Virus record (IMG/VR): IMGVR_UViG_2850796239_000009
Length of the DNA stretch: 56,870 bases
From: a virus
Lineage: Duplodnaviria > Heunggongvirae > Uroviricota > Caudoviricetes
Direction: 5' to 3' (one strand)
Shown here in pieces: positions 1 to 10,098 of the stretch (position 1 is its first letter; each line of letters starts with the position of its first letter). The position numbers were made by a program, and so were the translations under genes. The notes beneath the pieces were generated by a model. That model did no database searches. It saw only the letters and a program-made list of their open reading frames with translations, and had not been told where the DNA came from.

Positions 1-303
1 TTAACGCGTATTTTTCAGCGACTCCTGTGCAAAATACGCTGTTGCTTTTTTTAATATATCTCGCTCAAGGCGAGCTTCATTTAACGCCTTACGCAGTTGC
101 AGAATTTCAGATTCCAGTTCAGCCACCGTGCGGGAACCAGGAGTACAGAGCCCTTTTCTGGCGGCGGTAACCCATTGTCCTAAAGTGCCTTCAGGAAGGG
201 ATAATCGGGAAGCGCCTTCACTGATCGAAAGTTGATTTTCAAGAACCGTTCTGACAGCTTCGGCTTTGAACTCTTTAGAGTAACGTTGGGTTTTTCTGCT
301 CAT
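1..303 (-). CDS. IS3-family transposase OrfA (HTH), IS600-like
   Basis: 100-aa ORF MSRKTQRYSKEFKAEAV...ILKKATAYF, the characteristic IS3 OrfA HTH/leucine-zipper pattern. Confidence 0.75.
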   Translation of the reverse strand: MSRKTQRYSKEFKAEAVRTVLENQLSISEGASRLSLPEGTLGQWVTAARKGLCTPGSRTVAELESEILQLRKALNEARLERDILKKATAYFAQESLKNTR

Positions 304-367
304 TATTAGCTCCTTCTGATGCCATTCTATTTCAGGAAGGAGTGTCCGTTAAACTCAGGCTACCTCA
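1..367 (-). mobile_element. IS3-family insertion sequence, partial (OrfA end; remainder lies left of window)
   Basis: OrfA reads off the window edge; minus-strand terminus TGAGGTAGCCTGAG at 354-367 is typical of IS3-family ends. Confidence 0.6.
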
Positions 368-518
368 ACAGGATGGACTTAGCAATGGCTGCTCCTGGCA
401 CAAAGCGGACAGTGATCACCGTTCTTACGACTACTTTCTGACTTCCTTCGTGACTTGCCCTAAGCATGTTGTAGTGCGATACTTGTAATGACATTTGTAA
501 TTACAAGAGGTGTAAGAC

Positions 519-758
519 ATGGGTAGCATTAACCTGCGTATTGACGATGAACTTAAAGCGCGTTCTTACGCCGCGCTTGAAAAAATGGGTGTAACTCCTT
601 CTGAAGCGCTTCGTCTCATGCTCGAGTATATCGCTGACAATGAACGCTTGCCGTTCAAACAGACACTCCTGAGTGATGAAGATGCTGAACTTGTGGAGAT
701 AGTGAAAGAACGGCTTCGTAATCCTAAGCCAGTACGTGTGACGCTGGATGAACTCTGA
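519..758 (+). CDS. relB: RelB antitoxin
   Basis: 79-aa ORF MGSINLRIDDELKARSYAALEK... matches recalled RelB; stop overlaps relE start (TGATG). Confidence 0.9.
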   Translation: MGSINLRIDDELKARSYAALEKMGVTPSEALRLMLEYIADNERLPFKQTLLSDEDAELVEIVKERLRNPKPVRVTLDEL

Positions 759-1045
759 TGGCGTATTTTCTGGATTTTGACGAGCGGGCACTAAAGGAAT
801 GGCGAAAGCTGGGCTCGACGGTACGTGAACAGTTGAAAAAGAAGCTGGTTGAAGTACTTGAGTCACCCCGGATTGAAGCAAACAAGCTCCGTGGTATGCC
901 TGATTGTTACAAGATTAAGCTCCGGTCTTCAGGCTATCGCCTTGTATACCAGGTTATAGACGAGAAAGTTGTCGTTTTCGTGATTTCTGTTGGGAAAAGA
1001 GAACGCTCGGAAGTATATAGCGAGGCGGTCAAACGCATTCTCTGA
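758..1045 (+). CDS. relE: RelE mRNA interferase toxin
   Basis: 95-aa ORF MAYFLDFDERALKEWRKLGSTVREQLKKKL... matches recalled RelE; translationally coupled to relB. Confidence 0.9.
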   Translation: MAYFLDFDERALKEWRKLGSTVREQLKKKLVEVLESPRIEANKLRGMPDCYKIKLRSSGYRLVYQVIDEKVVVFVISVGKRERSEVYSEAVKRIL

Positions 1046-1116
1046 ACCAAAGCATGACATCTCTGTTTCGCACCGAAGGTGACACTTCTGCTTTGCGTTG
1101 ACAGGAGAAGCAGGCT

Positions 1117-1272
1117 ATGAAGCAGCAAAAGGCGATGTTAATCGCCCTGATCGTCATCTGTTTAACCGTCATAGTGACGGCACTGGTAACGAGGAAAGAC
1201 CTCTGCGAGGTACGAATCCGAACCGGCCAGACGGAGGTCGCTGTCTTCACAGCTTACGAACCTGAGGAGTAA
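1117..1272 (+). CDS. hokD: Hok-family small membrane toxin (HokD/RelF)
   Basis: 51-aa ORF MKQQKAMLIALIVICLTVIVTALVTRKDLCEVRIRTGQTEVAVFTAYEPEE, third gene of the relBEF arrangement; below the ORF-track size cutoff. Confidence 0.8.
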   Translation: MKQQKAMLIALIVICLTVIVTALVTRKDLCEVRIRTGQTEVAVFTAYEPEE

Positions 1273-1342
1273 GAGACCCGGCGAGTGAGAAATCCCTCGC
1301 CACCTCTGATGTGGCAGGCATCCTCAACGCACCCGCACTTAA

Positions 1343-1362
1343 CCCGCTTCGGCGGGTTTTTG
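1343..1362 (+). terminator. Rho-independent terminator after relBE-hokD
   Basis: CCCGC-TTCG-GCGGG hairpin followed by a T run. Confidence 0.5.
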
Positions 1363-1489
1363 TTTTTATTTTCAACGCATTTGAAGTTCTGGATGGTGCC
1401 GGAATAGAATCAAAAATACTTAAGTAGCGCGCAGGGATAAGAGGGATGGACCCCGAACAGGGGAGTGCTATTTATCTGGAAGGATTCTG

Positions 1490-1741
1490 ATGATGAACAT
1501 CGAAGAACTGCGTAAAATTTTTTGTGAAGATGGCCTCTGTGCTGTGTGCGTTGAAAATGGAAATATTGTTAGTCATTACCGCATTGTGTGTTTGCAAAAA
1601 AATGGGGCTGCGTTAATTAATTTTGTGGATGCCCGAGTGACGGACGGATTTATCTTGCGCGACGGTGAGTTTGTCACTTCATTACAGGCATTGAAAGAGA
1701 TCGGAATAAAAGCTGGCTTTTCTGCTTTTTCAGAAGAATAA
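1490..1741 (+). CDS. rem: Rem-like small prophage protein
   Basis: 83-aa ORF MMNIEELRKIFCEDGLCAVC...; position after hokD matches Qin gene order. Confidence 0.65.
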   Translation: MMNIEELRKIFCEDGLCAVCVENGNIVSHYRIVCLQKNGAALINFVDARVTDGFILRDGEFVTSLQALKEIGIKAGFSAFSEE

Positions 1742-1807
1742 ACTCATCTACAATCTTGCGCGGGGCTGAACTCCCGCTGAGTAACACCGTGCCACTGGAG
1801 AAAACCG

Positions 1808-2086
1808 ATGGCACGCAACGCAAAATATTACAATCATGATAATTCGACCGTTCTTGCCCACACGCACGAGCGGTATTCTCATGCATTTAAGTCAGACTGG
1901 TACCAGCATCCCTCATGCACTGAAGAACAGGCCGAATGGCTCATTCAGTGTTACCGCAGGCGCGGATGCGAGGTTAAAAAAGCCCTTAGCCTCGACTACC
2001 GTCACTGGATAATCTCCGTCAGGCTCCCTTACTCCGAACAGCCACCGCGTCCGTCCCGCACATTCCAGCAACGGATCTGGAGGTAA
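1808..2086 (+). CDS. Hypothetical protein
   Basis: 92-aa ORF ending 1 nt before the ydfU start; no recognisable motif. Confidence 0.3.
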   Translation: MARNAKYYNHDNSTVLAHTHERYSHAFKSDWYQHPSCTEEQAEWLIQCYRRRGCEVKKALSLDYRHWIISVRLPYSEQPPRPSRTFQQRIWR

Positions 2087-2087
2087 C

Positions 2088-3137
2088 GTGCGGGTATTAC
2101 TTCGACCTGTTCTGGTTCCGGAACTCGGGCTGGTGGTCCTTAAGCCCGGTCGTGAATCCATGCCGGTATTCCACAATACCCGGTTACTGGTGGAGCCGGA
2201 ACCGAAAAGCATGCGTAATCTGCCGTCCGGGGTCGTTCCTGCCGCTCGCCAGCCGCTGGTGGAAGACAAAACATTGCTGCCGTTTTTCAGTAACGCACGG
2301 GTGATTCGTGCTGCTGGTGGTGCTGGTGCATTGTCTGACTGGCTGTTGCGCCATATTAAATCCTGCCAGTGGCCACACGGCGATTATCATCACAGCGAAA
2401 CCGTCATTCACCGTTATGGTACCGGCGCAATGGTGTTGTGCTGGCACTGCGACAACCAGCTGCGTGACCAGACATCCGAATCACTCGAGCAACTTGCTCA
2501 TCAAAACCTGTCAGCATGGATGATTGACGTCATCGGTCACGCAATAAGCGGTACGCAGGAGCGTGAATTATCTCTGGCTGAATTATCCTGGTGGGCGGTC
2601 CGCAATCAGGTGGCGGACGCGCTACCGGAAGCGGTATTACGTCGTTCGCTGGGGTTGCGTGCGGAAAAAATCCGCTCAATGTACCGTGAAAGCGACATCG
2701 TACCGGGAGAGCAGACCGCCACCAGCATACTGAAACAGCGCACAAAAAATCTTGCGCCGCTGCCTCACGCCCACCAGCAACAGAACCCACCACAGGAAAA
2801 GACGGTGGTCAGCATTGCCGTTGATCCTGAGTCTCCGGAATCTTTCATGAAACGACCTAAACGTCGCCGCTGGGTTAACGAGAAATACACACGCTGGGTG
2901 AAGACACAGCCGTGTGCGTGTTGTGGTAAGCCAGCCGACGATCCCCATCACCTGATTGGTCATGGTCAGGGCGGAATGGGGACAAAATCTCACGATATTT
3001 TCACGCTACCGCTGTGTCGGGAGCATCACAACGAGCTTCATGCGGATCCGCTGGCGTTCGAAGAAAAGCATGGTTCTCAGGTTGATTTAATTTTTCGTTT
3101 TCTTGATCACGCCTTTGCAACTGGCGTGCTTGGGTAA
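2088..3137 (+). CDS. ydfU: YdfU-like prophage protein (DUF968), C-terminal Cys/His cluster
   Basis: 349-aa ORF with CACCGKPADDPHHLIGHGQGGMGTKSHD...CREHHNELH near the C-terminus; length and position match Qin ydfU. Confidence 0.6.
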   Translation: MRVLLRPVLVPELGLVVLKPGRESMPVFHNTRLLVEPEPKSMRNLPSGVVPAARQPLVEDKTLLPFFSNARVIRAAGGAGALSDWLLRHIKSCQWPHGDYHHSETVIHRYGTGAMVLCWHCDNQLRDQTSESLEQLAHQNLSAWMIDVIGHAISGTQERELSLAELSWWAVRNQVADALPEAVLRRSLGLRAEKIRSMYRESDIVPGEQTATSILKQRTKNLAPLPHAHQQQNPPQEKTVVSIAVDPESPESFMKRPKRRRWVNEKYTRWVKTQPCACCGKPADDPHHLIGHGQGGMGTKSHDIFTLPLCREHHNELHADPLAFEEKHGSQVDLIFRFLDHAFATGVLG

Positions 3138-3149
3138 AAGAGGTGACTG

Positions 3150-3524
3150 ATGCTCATAGATTTGGTTTTACCTTACCCGCCGACGGTGAACACTTACTGG
3201 CGACGCCGTGGCAGCACATATTTTATCTCGGAGGAGGGAAAGCGTTATCGCCGGGCTGTGGCGCTTATTGTTCGCCAGCAGCGGCTGAAATTAAGCCTGT
3301 CCGGAAGGCTGGCGATAAAGGTGATTGCAGAGCCACCGGATAAGCGTCGTCGCGACCTGGACAATATCCTGAAAGCACCGCTGGATGCGCTGACGCATGC
3401 GGGAGTGTTAATGGACGATGAGCAGTTTGATGAAATCAATATCGTTCGTGGTCAGCCAGTATCTGGTGGACGTATGGGGGTGAAGATTTACCCCATAATG
3501 CATGAAGAGCAGGTCAAAAAATGA
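3150..3524 (+). CDS. rusA: RusA-family Holliday junction resolvase
   Basis: 124-aa ORF with PPTVNTYWRRRG...KRRRDLDNILKAPLDALTHAGVLMDDEQF, the RusA catalytic-region pattern. Confidence 0.75.
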   Translation: MLIDLVLPYPPTVNTYWRRRGSTYFISEEGKRYRRAVALIVRQQRLKLSLSGRLAIKVIAEPPDKRRRDLDNILKAPLDALTHAGVLMDDEQFDEINIVRGQPVSGGRMGVKIYPIMHEEQVKK

Positions 3525-4342
3525 AACTGGAAGATTTACCGAAATACTACTCCCCAAAATCCCCTGGCCTGACCGATGCATCGGCCTCAACGTCAAAAGA
3601 TGCGCTGAGTATCACTGATGTGATGGCCGCGCAGGGCATGACACAGAATCGGGCTGAGATGGGGTTTTCTGCGTTCCTGGGGAAAATGGGCATCAGTATG
3701 AATGACAGGGCGCGGGCAACAGAATTACTGGCAGATTATGCACTCAGTCGGTGCGATCGTGTGGCGGCGTTGAGAAAACTTCCGGCAGAAATAAAACCGG
3801 TAGTGATGCGCATTATGGCTTCGTACGCTTTTGAGGATTATGCCCGCAGCGCAGCGAGTAAAAAGCAGTGCCCTTGTTGCTATGGGGAAAAATTTATTGA
3901 AAGCGTAGTTTTTACAAACAAGGTCCAGTATCCGGATGGTAAGCCGCCGGTATGGGCAAAGTGTACGAAAGGTGTGTATCCGTCTTACTGGGAAGAATGG
4001 AAAAAAGTCAGGGAGGTGGTAAAAGTTGCCTGTCCGGAGTGTGGCGGAAAGGGTGAGGTTTCCACCGCCTGTAAGGATAGCCGTGGGCGTGGTGTCGCCA
4101 TTCACCGTGAAGAGTCGGTAAAACGTGGTATGCCTGTTATCAGAGACTGCCAGCGTTGTGGTGGTCGTGGCTATGAAAGACTACCATCAACGGAGGTATT
4201 TAATGCTATATGCGAGGTGACAAACCAGATAACACGCGCGTCATGGGAAAAAACAGTTAAGAAATTCTATGATGCGCTGGTGACCCGGTTTGATATTGAA
4301 GAAGCATGGGCTGAGCGGCAGTTAAAAAAGGTAACTAGGTAA
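3521..4342 (+). CDS. Late-gene antitermination protein Q (zinc-binding)
   Basis: 273-aa ORF with three CxxC pairs (CPCCYGEK, CPECGGKG, CQRCGGRG); directly upstream of putative pR'/tR' and the lysis cassette. Confidence 0.6.
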   Translation: MKLEDLPKYYSPKSPGLTDASASTSKDALSITDVMAAQGMTQNRAEMGFSAFLGKMGISMNDRARATELLADYALSRCDRVAALRKLPAEIKPVVMRIMASYAFEDYARSAASKKQCPCCYGEKFIESVVFTNKVQYPDGKPPVWAKCTKGVYPSYWEEWKKVREVVKVACPECGGKGEVSTACKDSRGRGVAIHREESVKRGMPVIRDCQRCGGRGYERLPSTEVFNAICEVTNQITRASWEKTVKKFYDALVTRFDIEEAWAERQLKKVTR

Positions 4343-4347
4343 CAAGG

Positions 4348-4375
4348 TTGATTTTTCCGGAATCTGTGGTAAATT
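4348..4375 (+). promoter_or_regulatory. Putative late promoter pR' (-35 TTGATT, 16-bp spacer, -10 TAAATT)
   Basis: Sigma70-like hexamers immediately downstream of Q, the expected position of pR'/qut. Confidence 0.35.
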
Positions 4376-4424
4376 CGTCATAACGATGGGCTTTTTATGC
4401 CTGACGTTAGAAGAGTTTCTACAA

Positions 4425-4447
4425 CCCGCCGCCGAGCGGGTTTTTTA
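4425..4447 (+). terminator. tR'-like rho-independent terminator
   Basis: CCCGC-CGCCGA-GCGGG hairpin followed by TTTTTT. Confidence 0.5.
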
Positions 4448-4485
4448 TTGCGGAATTAATTACGGACCGTTATTATTCTGCTCCC

Positions 4486-4561
4486 GGCCCTTTAGCTCAG
4501 TGGTGAGAGCGAGCGACTCATAATCGCCAGGTCGCTGGTTCAAATCCAGCAAGGGCCACCA
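4486..4561 (+). tRNA. Phage-borne tRNA, anticodon CAU (Ile2/Met type, ileZ-like)
   Basis: 7-bp acceptor stem GGCCCUU/AAGGGCC, anticodon loop CUCAUAA, T-loop GGTTCAAATCC, encoded CCA. Confidence 0.8.
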
Positions 4562-4662
4562 TCACAAACCGGCATTAGCTTATCAGGAAGAGCAGACGAC
4601 ACGATAACAGGGTTGTTGGTGCGGGGGGCGGGTCCCCGATGGCGGTCCATTATCGGTATTCA

Positions 4663-4739
4663 GCGTTGTTAGCTCAGCCGGACAGAGCAATTGCCTTCTA
4701 AGCAATCGGTCACTGGTTCGAATCCAGTACAGCGCGCCA
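4663..4739 (+). tRNA. Phage-borne tRNA-Arg, anticodon UCU
   Basis: Acceptor stem GCGUUGU/ACAGCGC, D-loop AGCTCAGCCGGACAGAGC, anticodon loop CUUCUAA, T-loop GGTTCGAATCC, encoded CCA. Confidence 0.8.
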
Positions 4740-4849
4740 TATTCATTCTTCCAGATTCCTTCCGGCAGAGCCTTATACTGAAATATACCTGGCTCAGGAT
4801 ATTGTTGAAAATATTATATGTTTGTCAAAAATAAAAGTTCTGTTAAGTA

Positions 4850-5203
4850 TTGATTGAGTATTTGTTATACGGTCTAATGGTTTTTTCAGCATTAAATATT
4901 TATCATTCATATGGTGTGGGTAGAGTGAATATTGATGAGGCGTCGGGGTGTTTCATCCTTAGGCAGCGTATTGATATAGTCAATGCAGCACGAGCAAAGG
5001 CCTTCAGCCGTTTGACAGTTTTGTTCTGTACTCCTGATCGTCTTTCGGGAAGAGACGTTATTATTCTGAATAGTGATGCTATACAGAGGGTTTGCGATGA
5101 GTTCATGGTTGCTAATTCAGAATTATTTGCTCTTGTTCAGGAGTACAACAGAATAGCCAGGACCTGTGGTATGGATGAACTTCGGATTACTCATCTGGGG
5201 TAG
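4850..5203 (+). CDS. Hypothetical protein in AT-rich cargo region
   Basis: 117-aa ORF with no recognisable motif, in low-GC DNA just downstream of the tRNAs. Confidence 0.3.
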   Translation: MIEYLLYGLMVFSALNIYHSYGVGRVNIDEASGCFILRQRIDIVNAARAKAFSRLTVLFCTPDRLSGRDVIILNSDAIQRVCDEFMVANSELFALVQEYNRIARTCGMDELRITHLG

Positions 5204-5650
5204 ATACATATCTGGATTATCACCTGTTACGGTAAAAAGTGATTGCTTACTGTTTTTGTGAATGGCATTGCAGCAGCCGGATAATGTCAGTGCTGGCTGA
5301 CGGTGTGCTGGTGGCGGGTGTGGTGGTTGTTGCTTTCCCGTTGCTGAAAAAGAAAACGCCAGACTGTTAGCCGGGTATCAGTTAGCGGGAGAAATTTTTA
5401 AATACTTCACAATTCAGGCGGTTGACTGTTGTCTGGTTTGCGGGGAGTTTGTTAAAAGAAACTGGCATGGTGAATCCCCCTGTGCGGAGGGGCAATCAGC
5501 GAGTAGGTATATGGGATAATCGCGGATTCAGGTGCTGGTACTGAATTCACCGGGAGGCACCCGGCACCATGCAATGGCACATAGCGCCACTCTCCAGCCC
5601 CTCTCCGGAGGGGCTGTTTATATTGATTTTGTCAGATGTGAGTAAACTCC

Positions 5651-5986
5651 TTATGGACTTTGTTGTTTTAGTCCATAAGGACATATTTGCAGAGTGCAAC
5701 GGTTATTAAAGCATTCATTCAATACGTTATCTGTATTTGTAGGGCATTCCTGGCTGTTTTTGATTAAATTCCAGAATGTTTTATTGAATGGTACTACGTT
5801 GTAAATGGTTACAGGTAGCACTTTGTTATTGAGCATGATGCCTGTGTGAGTCAGTGTAAATATACTTTCAGGAGGTAAGAAAGCATCCGATTGATACCAG
5901 ATTATTAATTTTATTTTACTCCATATGACTGAAAAAGATATTCCGCATGATGGCTGGATAACTGTATCAATCACAATCCACTTCAT
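5651..5986 (-). CDS. Hypothetical protein in AT-rich cargo region
   Basis: 111-aa ORF convergent with 4850-5203; low GC. Confidence 0.25.
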   Translation of the reverse strand: MKWIVIDTVIQPSCGISFSVIWSKIKLIIWYQSDAFLPPESIFTLTHTGIMLNNKVLPVTIYNVVPFNKTFWNLIKNSQECPTNTDNVLNECFNNRCTLQICPYGLKQQSP

Positions 5987-6245
5987 TTAGTTTCCTTGTT
6001 TATGCCTTGCTGGTGATGTTCTGAAAAGTATAAATGATATTTTTGAATTAAACCATAGAGCAGAATTATTTTTCTGATATTGTTTATTGTTTATTTAAAT
6101 GCAGGGTGGTTTATATCTCGTCTTGTAGTTTATCCATGCATATCTGCTTGATAATCAGGTTTTTATTTAAGGTATGGTTTTGTGTTTTTTCTGTATTACA
6201 TGTCAGGTATTTTAAAGAATTATTTTTCAGATGGTGGAAAGAACC

Positions 6246-6434
6246 ATGGCATTTAAACACTATGATGTTGTCAGGGCGGCGCCGCCGTCAGATCTTGCGG
6301 AAAAGCTGACACATAAACTGAAAGAGGGCTGGCAGCCGTTTGGTAGTCCGGTGGCCATAACCCCTTATACCCTGATGCAGGCGATTGCAGCAGAAGGTGA
6401 TGTGGTGGTCAGTGGTGCAACTGAGCCGGAGTGA
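6246..6434 (+). CDS. Small conserved lambdoid protein (DUF1737-like)
   Basis: MAFKHYDVVRAAPPSDLAEKLTHKLKEGWQPFGSPVAI...; ORF-track frame starts at 6231, likely start is Met-6. Confidence 0.4.
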   Translation: MAFKHYDVVRAAPPSDLAEKLTHKLKEGWQPFGSPVAITPYTLMQAIAAEGDVVVSGATEPE

Positions 6435-6741
6435 TACTACGTCATCGTACTGGCCCGGCATTCCAGGCCATAAAAGACAGTCTGGCAGTGGGACTAAATG
6501 CACTGACGCTGACGGATATTACCAAAAATGCAACGTATGGCGTTGAGATAGAAAGTCTGGTGCTGGAGATAAATGCACCGGCATCATCATAAAAAGTGAG
6601 CCAGTCAAATGGAAGGTATCGTTAAACTCACCGGTAGTGTCAGTGGGTCGTCTGAGACGCTTGCATGAGTTATCAGAGCCATCAGTAGTTAACTGGTGGC
6701 TTTTTTATTGTTGTCAGCTTCCGGATAACGGGAGACGGGGT

Positions 6742-6957
6742 ATGGACCAGATGGAAAAAATCACAACAGGTGTGTCATACACCACGTCAGCGGTGGGAAC
6801 GGGCTACTGGTTCCTGCAGTTGCTGGACAGGGTTTCCCCGTCTCAGTGGGCGGCAATAGGCGTGCTGGGGAGTCGGCTGTTTGGGCTGCTGACATATCTG
6901 ACTAACCTGTATTTCAAAATCAGAGAGGACCGTCGTAAGGCTGCACGGGGAGAGTAA
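6742..6957 (+). CDS. Class II holin (phage 21 S-type pinholin), dual-start motif
   Basis: 71-aa product [15 protein letters not shown]...[22 protein letters not shown] with two TM segments; GGAGA Shine-Dalgarno upstream; ORF-track frame extends upstream to 6637. Confidence 0.8.
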   Translation: MDQMEKITTGVSYTTSAVGTGYWFLQLLDRVSPSQWAAIGVLGSRLFGLLTYLTNLYFKIREDRRKAARGE

Positions 6958-6961
6958 TTCA

Positions 6962-7306
6962 ATGACTCAAAACTATGAACTGATTGTGAAAGGGATCCGC
7001 AATTTTGAGAATAAAGTTACGGTAACTTTAGCGTTACGGGACAAAAAACGCTTTGACGGTGAAATTTTTGACCTGGACATCTCGCTGGACCGTGTTGAAG
7101 GTGCCGCGCTGGAGTTTTATGAGGCAGCAGCCAGAATGAGCATCAGACAGGTCTTCCTGGATGTTGCTGCCGGGTTATGTGAAGGGGATGAACAGTCGCC
7201 GGAAAAGCGCCCCATAATTTTAGAGGCGCAGAATGTGTGGATAACCTACAAAGGAAAGCTACCAGGAAGAATTACTGATTCTCTGAAGACTCCACCGAAA
7301 TGGTAA
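6962..7306 (+). CDS. YdfR-like protein (DUF1327-like)
   Basis: 114-aa ORF between holin and lysozyme, where Qin-type prophages carry ydfR. Confidence 0.45.
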   Translation: MTQNYELIVKGIRNFENKVTVTLALRDKKRFDGEIFDLDISLDRVEGAALEFYEAAARMSIRQVFLDVAAGLCEGDEQSPEKRPIILEAQNVWITYKGKLPGRITDSLKTPPKW

Positions 7307-7544
7307 TTTTACCAGCATATTTTTCTTCCAGTAATGCCGCCAGCCACTTGAAAGAATTTTGTTGTTCCTGGGACCATTTGGGGTTGCGTGATTCAAGCAG
7401 GAGCGATGCCAGTGTTGGTTGCATTTGTTCTCTGGGAATTGATAAGGCCAGAGATGAAAATGCAACAGTGAGGGCATTTACATCATCCCGAAGCCTGGAA
7501 ATGCAGTCGAGCAACTCCTGTAGAGAAATGGTGTTATTGTCCAT
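7272..7544 (-). CDS. Hypothetical protein, convergent with ydfR-like gene
   Basis: 90-aa ORF with AGAGGA Shine-Dalgarno 7 nt upstream of its ATG; no recognisable motif. Confidence 0.3.
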   Translation of the reverse strand: MDNNTISLQELLDCISRLRDDVNALTVAFSSLALSIPREQMQPTLASLLLESRNPKWSQEQQNSFKWLAALLEEKYAGKITISVESSENQ

Positions 7545-7649
7545 AAATAATCCTCTTGATTGTCTTTACCTTTTCCCAGCCTGATTCAACAGGCCGGGAC
7601 AGATAAACATATCCAGGGTTCAGAAACCGATAAATCCTGATAAATATCC

Positions 7650-8677
<1,028 letters not shown>

Positions 8678-9039
8678 ATTAATATTAAATCGGATTATTT
8701 TTAGCGCTGAATGTGAAATTTAAATAAAAAGGACTCTTCCATGAGTCAAAATCCTTGAAATCTTAAGGGTAAGATAAAAGGTCATTAGACAGAATGACAC
8801 GTTTTATTAATAAATAAAGCTATTGTTTCATTCGTGTGTTTTTCTTTACAAAAGTAATCCTTGCTATGGTTGGTTAATCATGCGTTAATGGTGTTCTGGT
8901 TTGTTACAAAATTATCTGAAGCAGTCATTGTTATAATTTTATTATTTGTACCTCTTGAGATTTCCTTGTTGGTTTTTCTCTCTGATATTTTTTTCGGACC
9001 ATTCTGCCCAAGGGCTAACTTCTTCAAAAGGTAATAATA

Positions 9040-9252
9040 ATGTCTAACAAAATGACTGGTTTAGTGAAATGGTTTAACCCTGAAAAAGGTTTTGGTTTCA
9101 TCACGCCGAAAGATGGTAGCAAAGATGTGTTTGTGCATTTCTCAGCTATTCAGAGCAACGATTTCAAAACGTTAACTGAGAATCAGGAAGTCGAATTTGG
9201 TATTGAGAACGGACCTAAAGGCCCTGCAGCTGTTCATGTAGTGGCACTTTGA
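9040..9252 (+). CDS. cspI: Cold-shock protein (CspA family, CspI-like)
   Basis: 70-aa [41 protein letters not shown]... with RNP1/RNP2 motifs. Confidence 0.85.
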   Translation: MSNKMTGLVKWFNPEKGFGFITPKDGSKDVFVHFSAIQSNDFKTLTENQEVEFGIENGPKGPAAVHVVAL

Positions 9253-9459
9253 GGTAGAAAATATTACAAACCATATTCACTTTAGATGCCCGTGTTGCCA
9301 TGGTTCTCAGTATAGAACATCATCTTTTGATGTTTCTGACAGAAATCCTTTCGGGGCAAAATGTATCTTTTGTAAATCAATGATGATTACATTTGATAAT
9401 ATTTCACAATACTTAAATGTTAGCCATCTGTCGCTAGATTTAAGAAAGTGAAAATGAAG

Positions 9460-9479
9460 GCTCCTTCGGGAGCTTTTTT
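9460..9479 (+). terminator. Rho-independent terminator downstream of cspI
   Basis: GCTCC-TTCG-GGAGC hairpin followed by TTTTTT. Confidence 0.5.
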
Positions 9480-9522
9480 GCTTAGTGTCTAGTCGATGGA
9501 TACTCACATATTACGGTAACAT

Positions 9523-9753
9523 ATGAAAAAAATAATAGTTTTTTTTAACTCTGAACCAGCAATGGTAGTGCCAGTGATGACCGGAGTTAACACCATCATG
9601 CGTGAATACCCAAATGGCGAAACAACACACCTCACTGTAATGGCTGCAGGGTTTCCATCTCTGACCGGAGATCATAAAGTCATTTATGTAGCAGCGGATC
9701 GACATGTAACTTCAGAAGAAATTCTGGAAGCAGCAATGAGACTCTTGAATTGA
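9523..9753 (+). CDS. ynfN: YnfN-like small prophage protein
   Basis: 76-aa ORF MKKIIVFFNSEPAMVVPVMTG...; position matches Qin gene order. Confidence 0.5.
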   Translation: MKKIIVFFNSEPAMVVPVMTGVNTIMREYPNGETTHLTVMAAGFPSLTGDHKVIYVAADRHVTSEEILEAAMRLLN

Positions 9754-9925
9754 TTTGATTCTAATGCATTGATAATAAATGATAATCATCTTTATCTGTT
9801 TGTGTGAAATTTAGACCGTCGTATGTTGATTATTGCGATGTTTCATCTTATCTTTTATACGTTTGCTCCATATAATTGACACTACTGTGTACCAGGAAAG
9901 TCATAACAGACTAAAAGAGGAAATG

Positions 9926-10098
9926 ATGAACATTGAAGAGTTAAAAACAAAAACAGAAGCAGATATTTCTGAATATATAACAAAAAAATCATTGAGCTTA
10001 AGAAAAAGACCGGGAAAGAAGTTACCAGTATCCAGTTTACTGCACGGGAAAAAATGACTGGTCTTGAAAGCTATGATATCAAGATTGATTTAATCTAG
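9926..10098 (+). pseudogene. gnsB: GnsB-like small protein, frame broken at an A7 run
   Basis: MMNIEELKTKTEADISEYITKK in one frame, ...KTGKEVTSIQFTAREKMTGLESYDIKIDLI in the next; break lies in the A run near 9983-9990. Confidence 0.5.

Noticed and set aside
4562-4662. Third tRNA gene between the two called tRNAs
   Set aside because: No acceptor-stem/T-loop (GGTTCGAATCC-like) pattern or cloverleaf could be built by hand; kept only as a possible remnant.
4760-6230. Shiga-toxin genes at the canonical locus downstream of Q and the phage tRNAs
   Set aside because: Neither ORF has the size or motifs of StxA (about 315 aa) or StxB (about 89 aa with signal peptide); the 117-aa and 111-aa ORFs are unrelated by eye.
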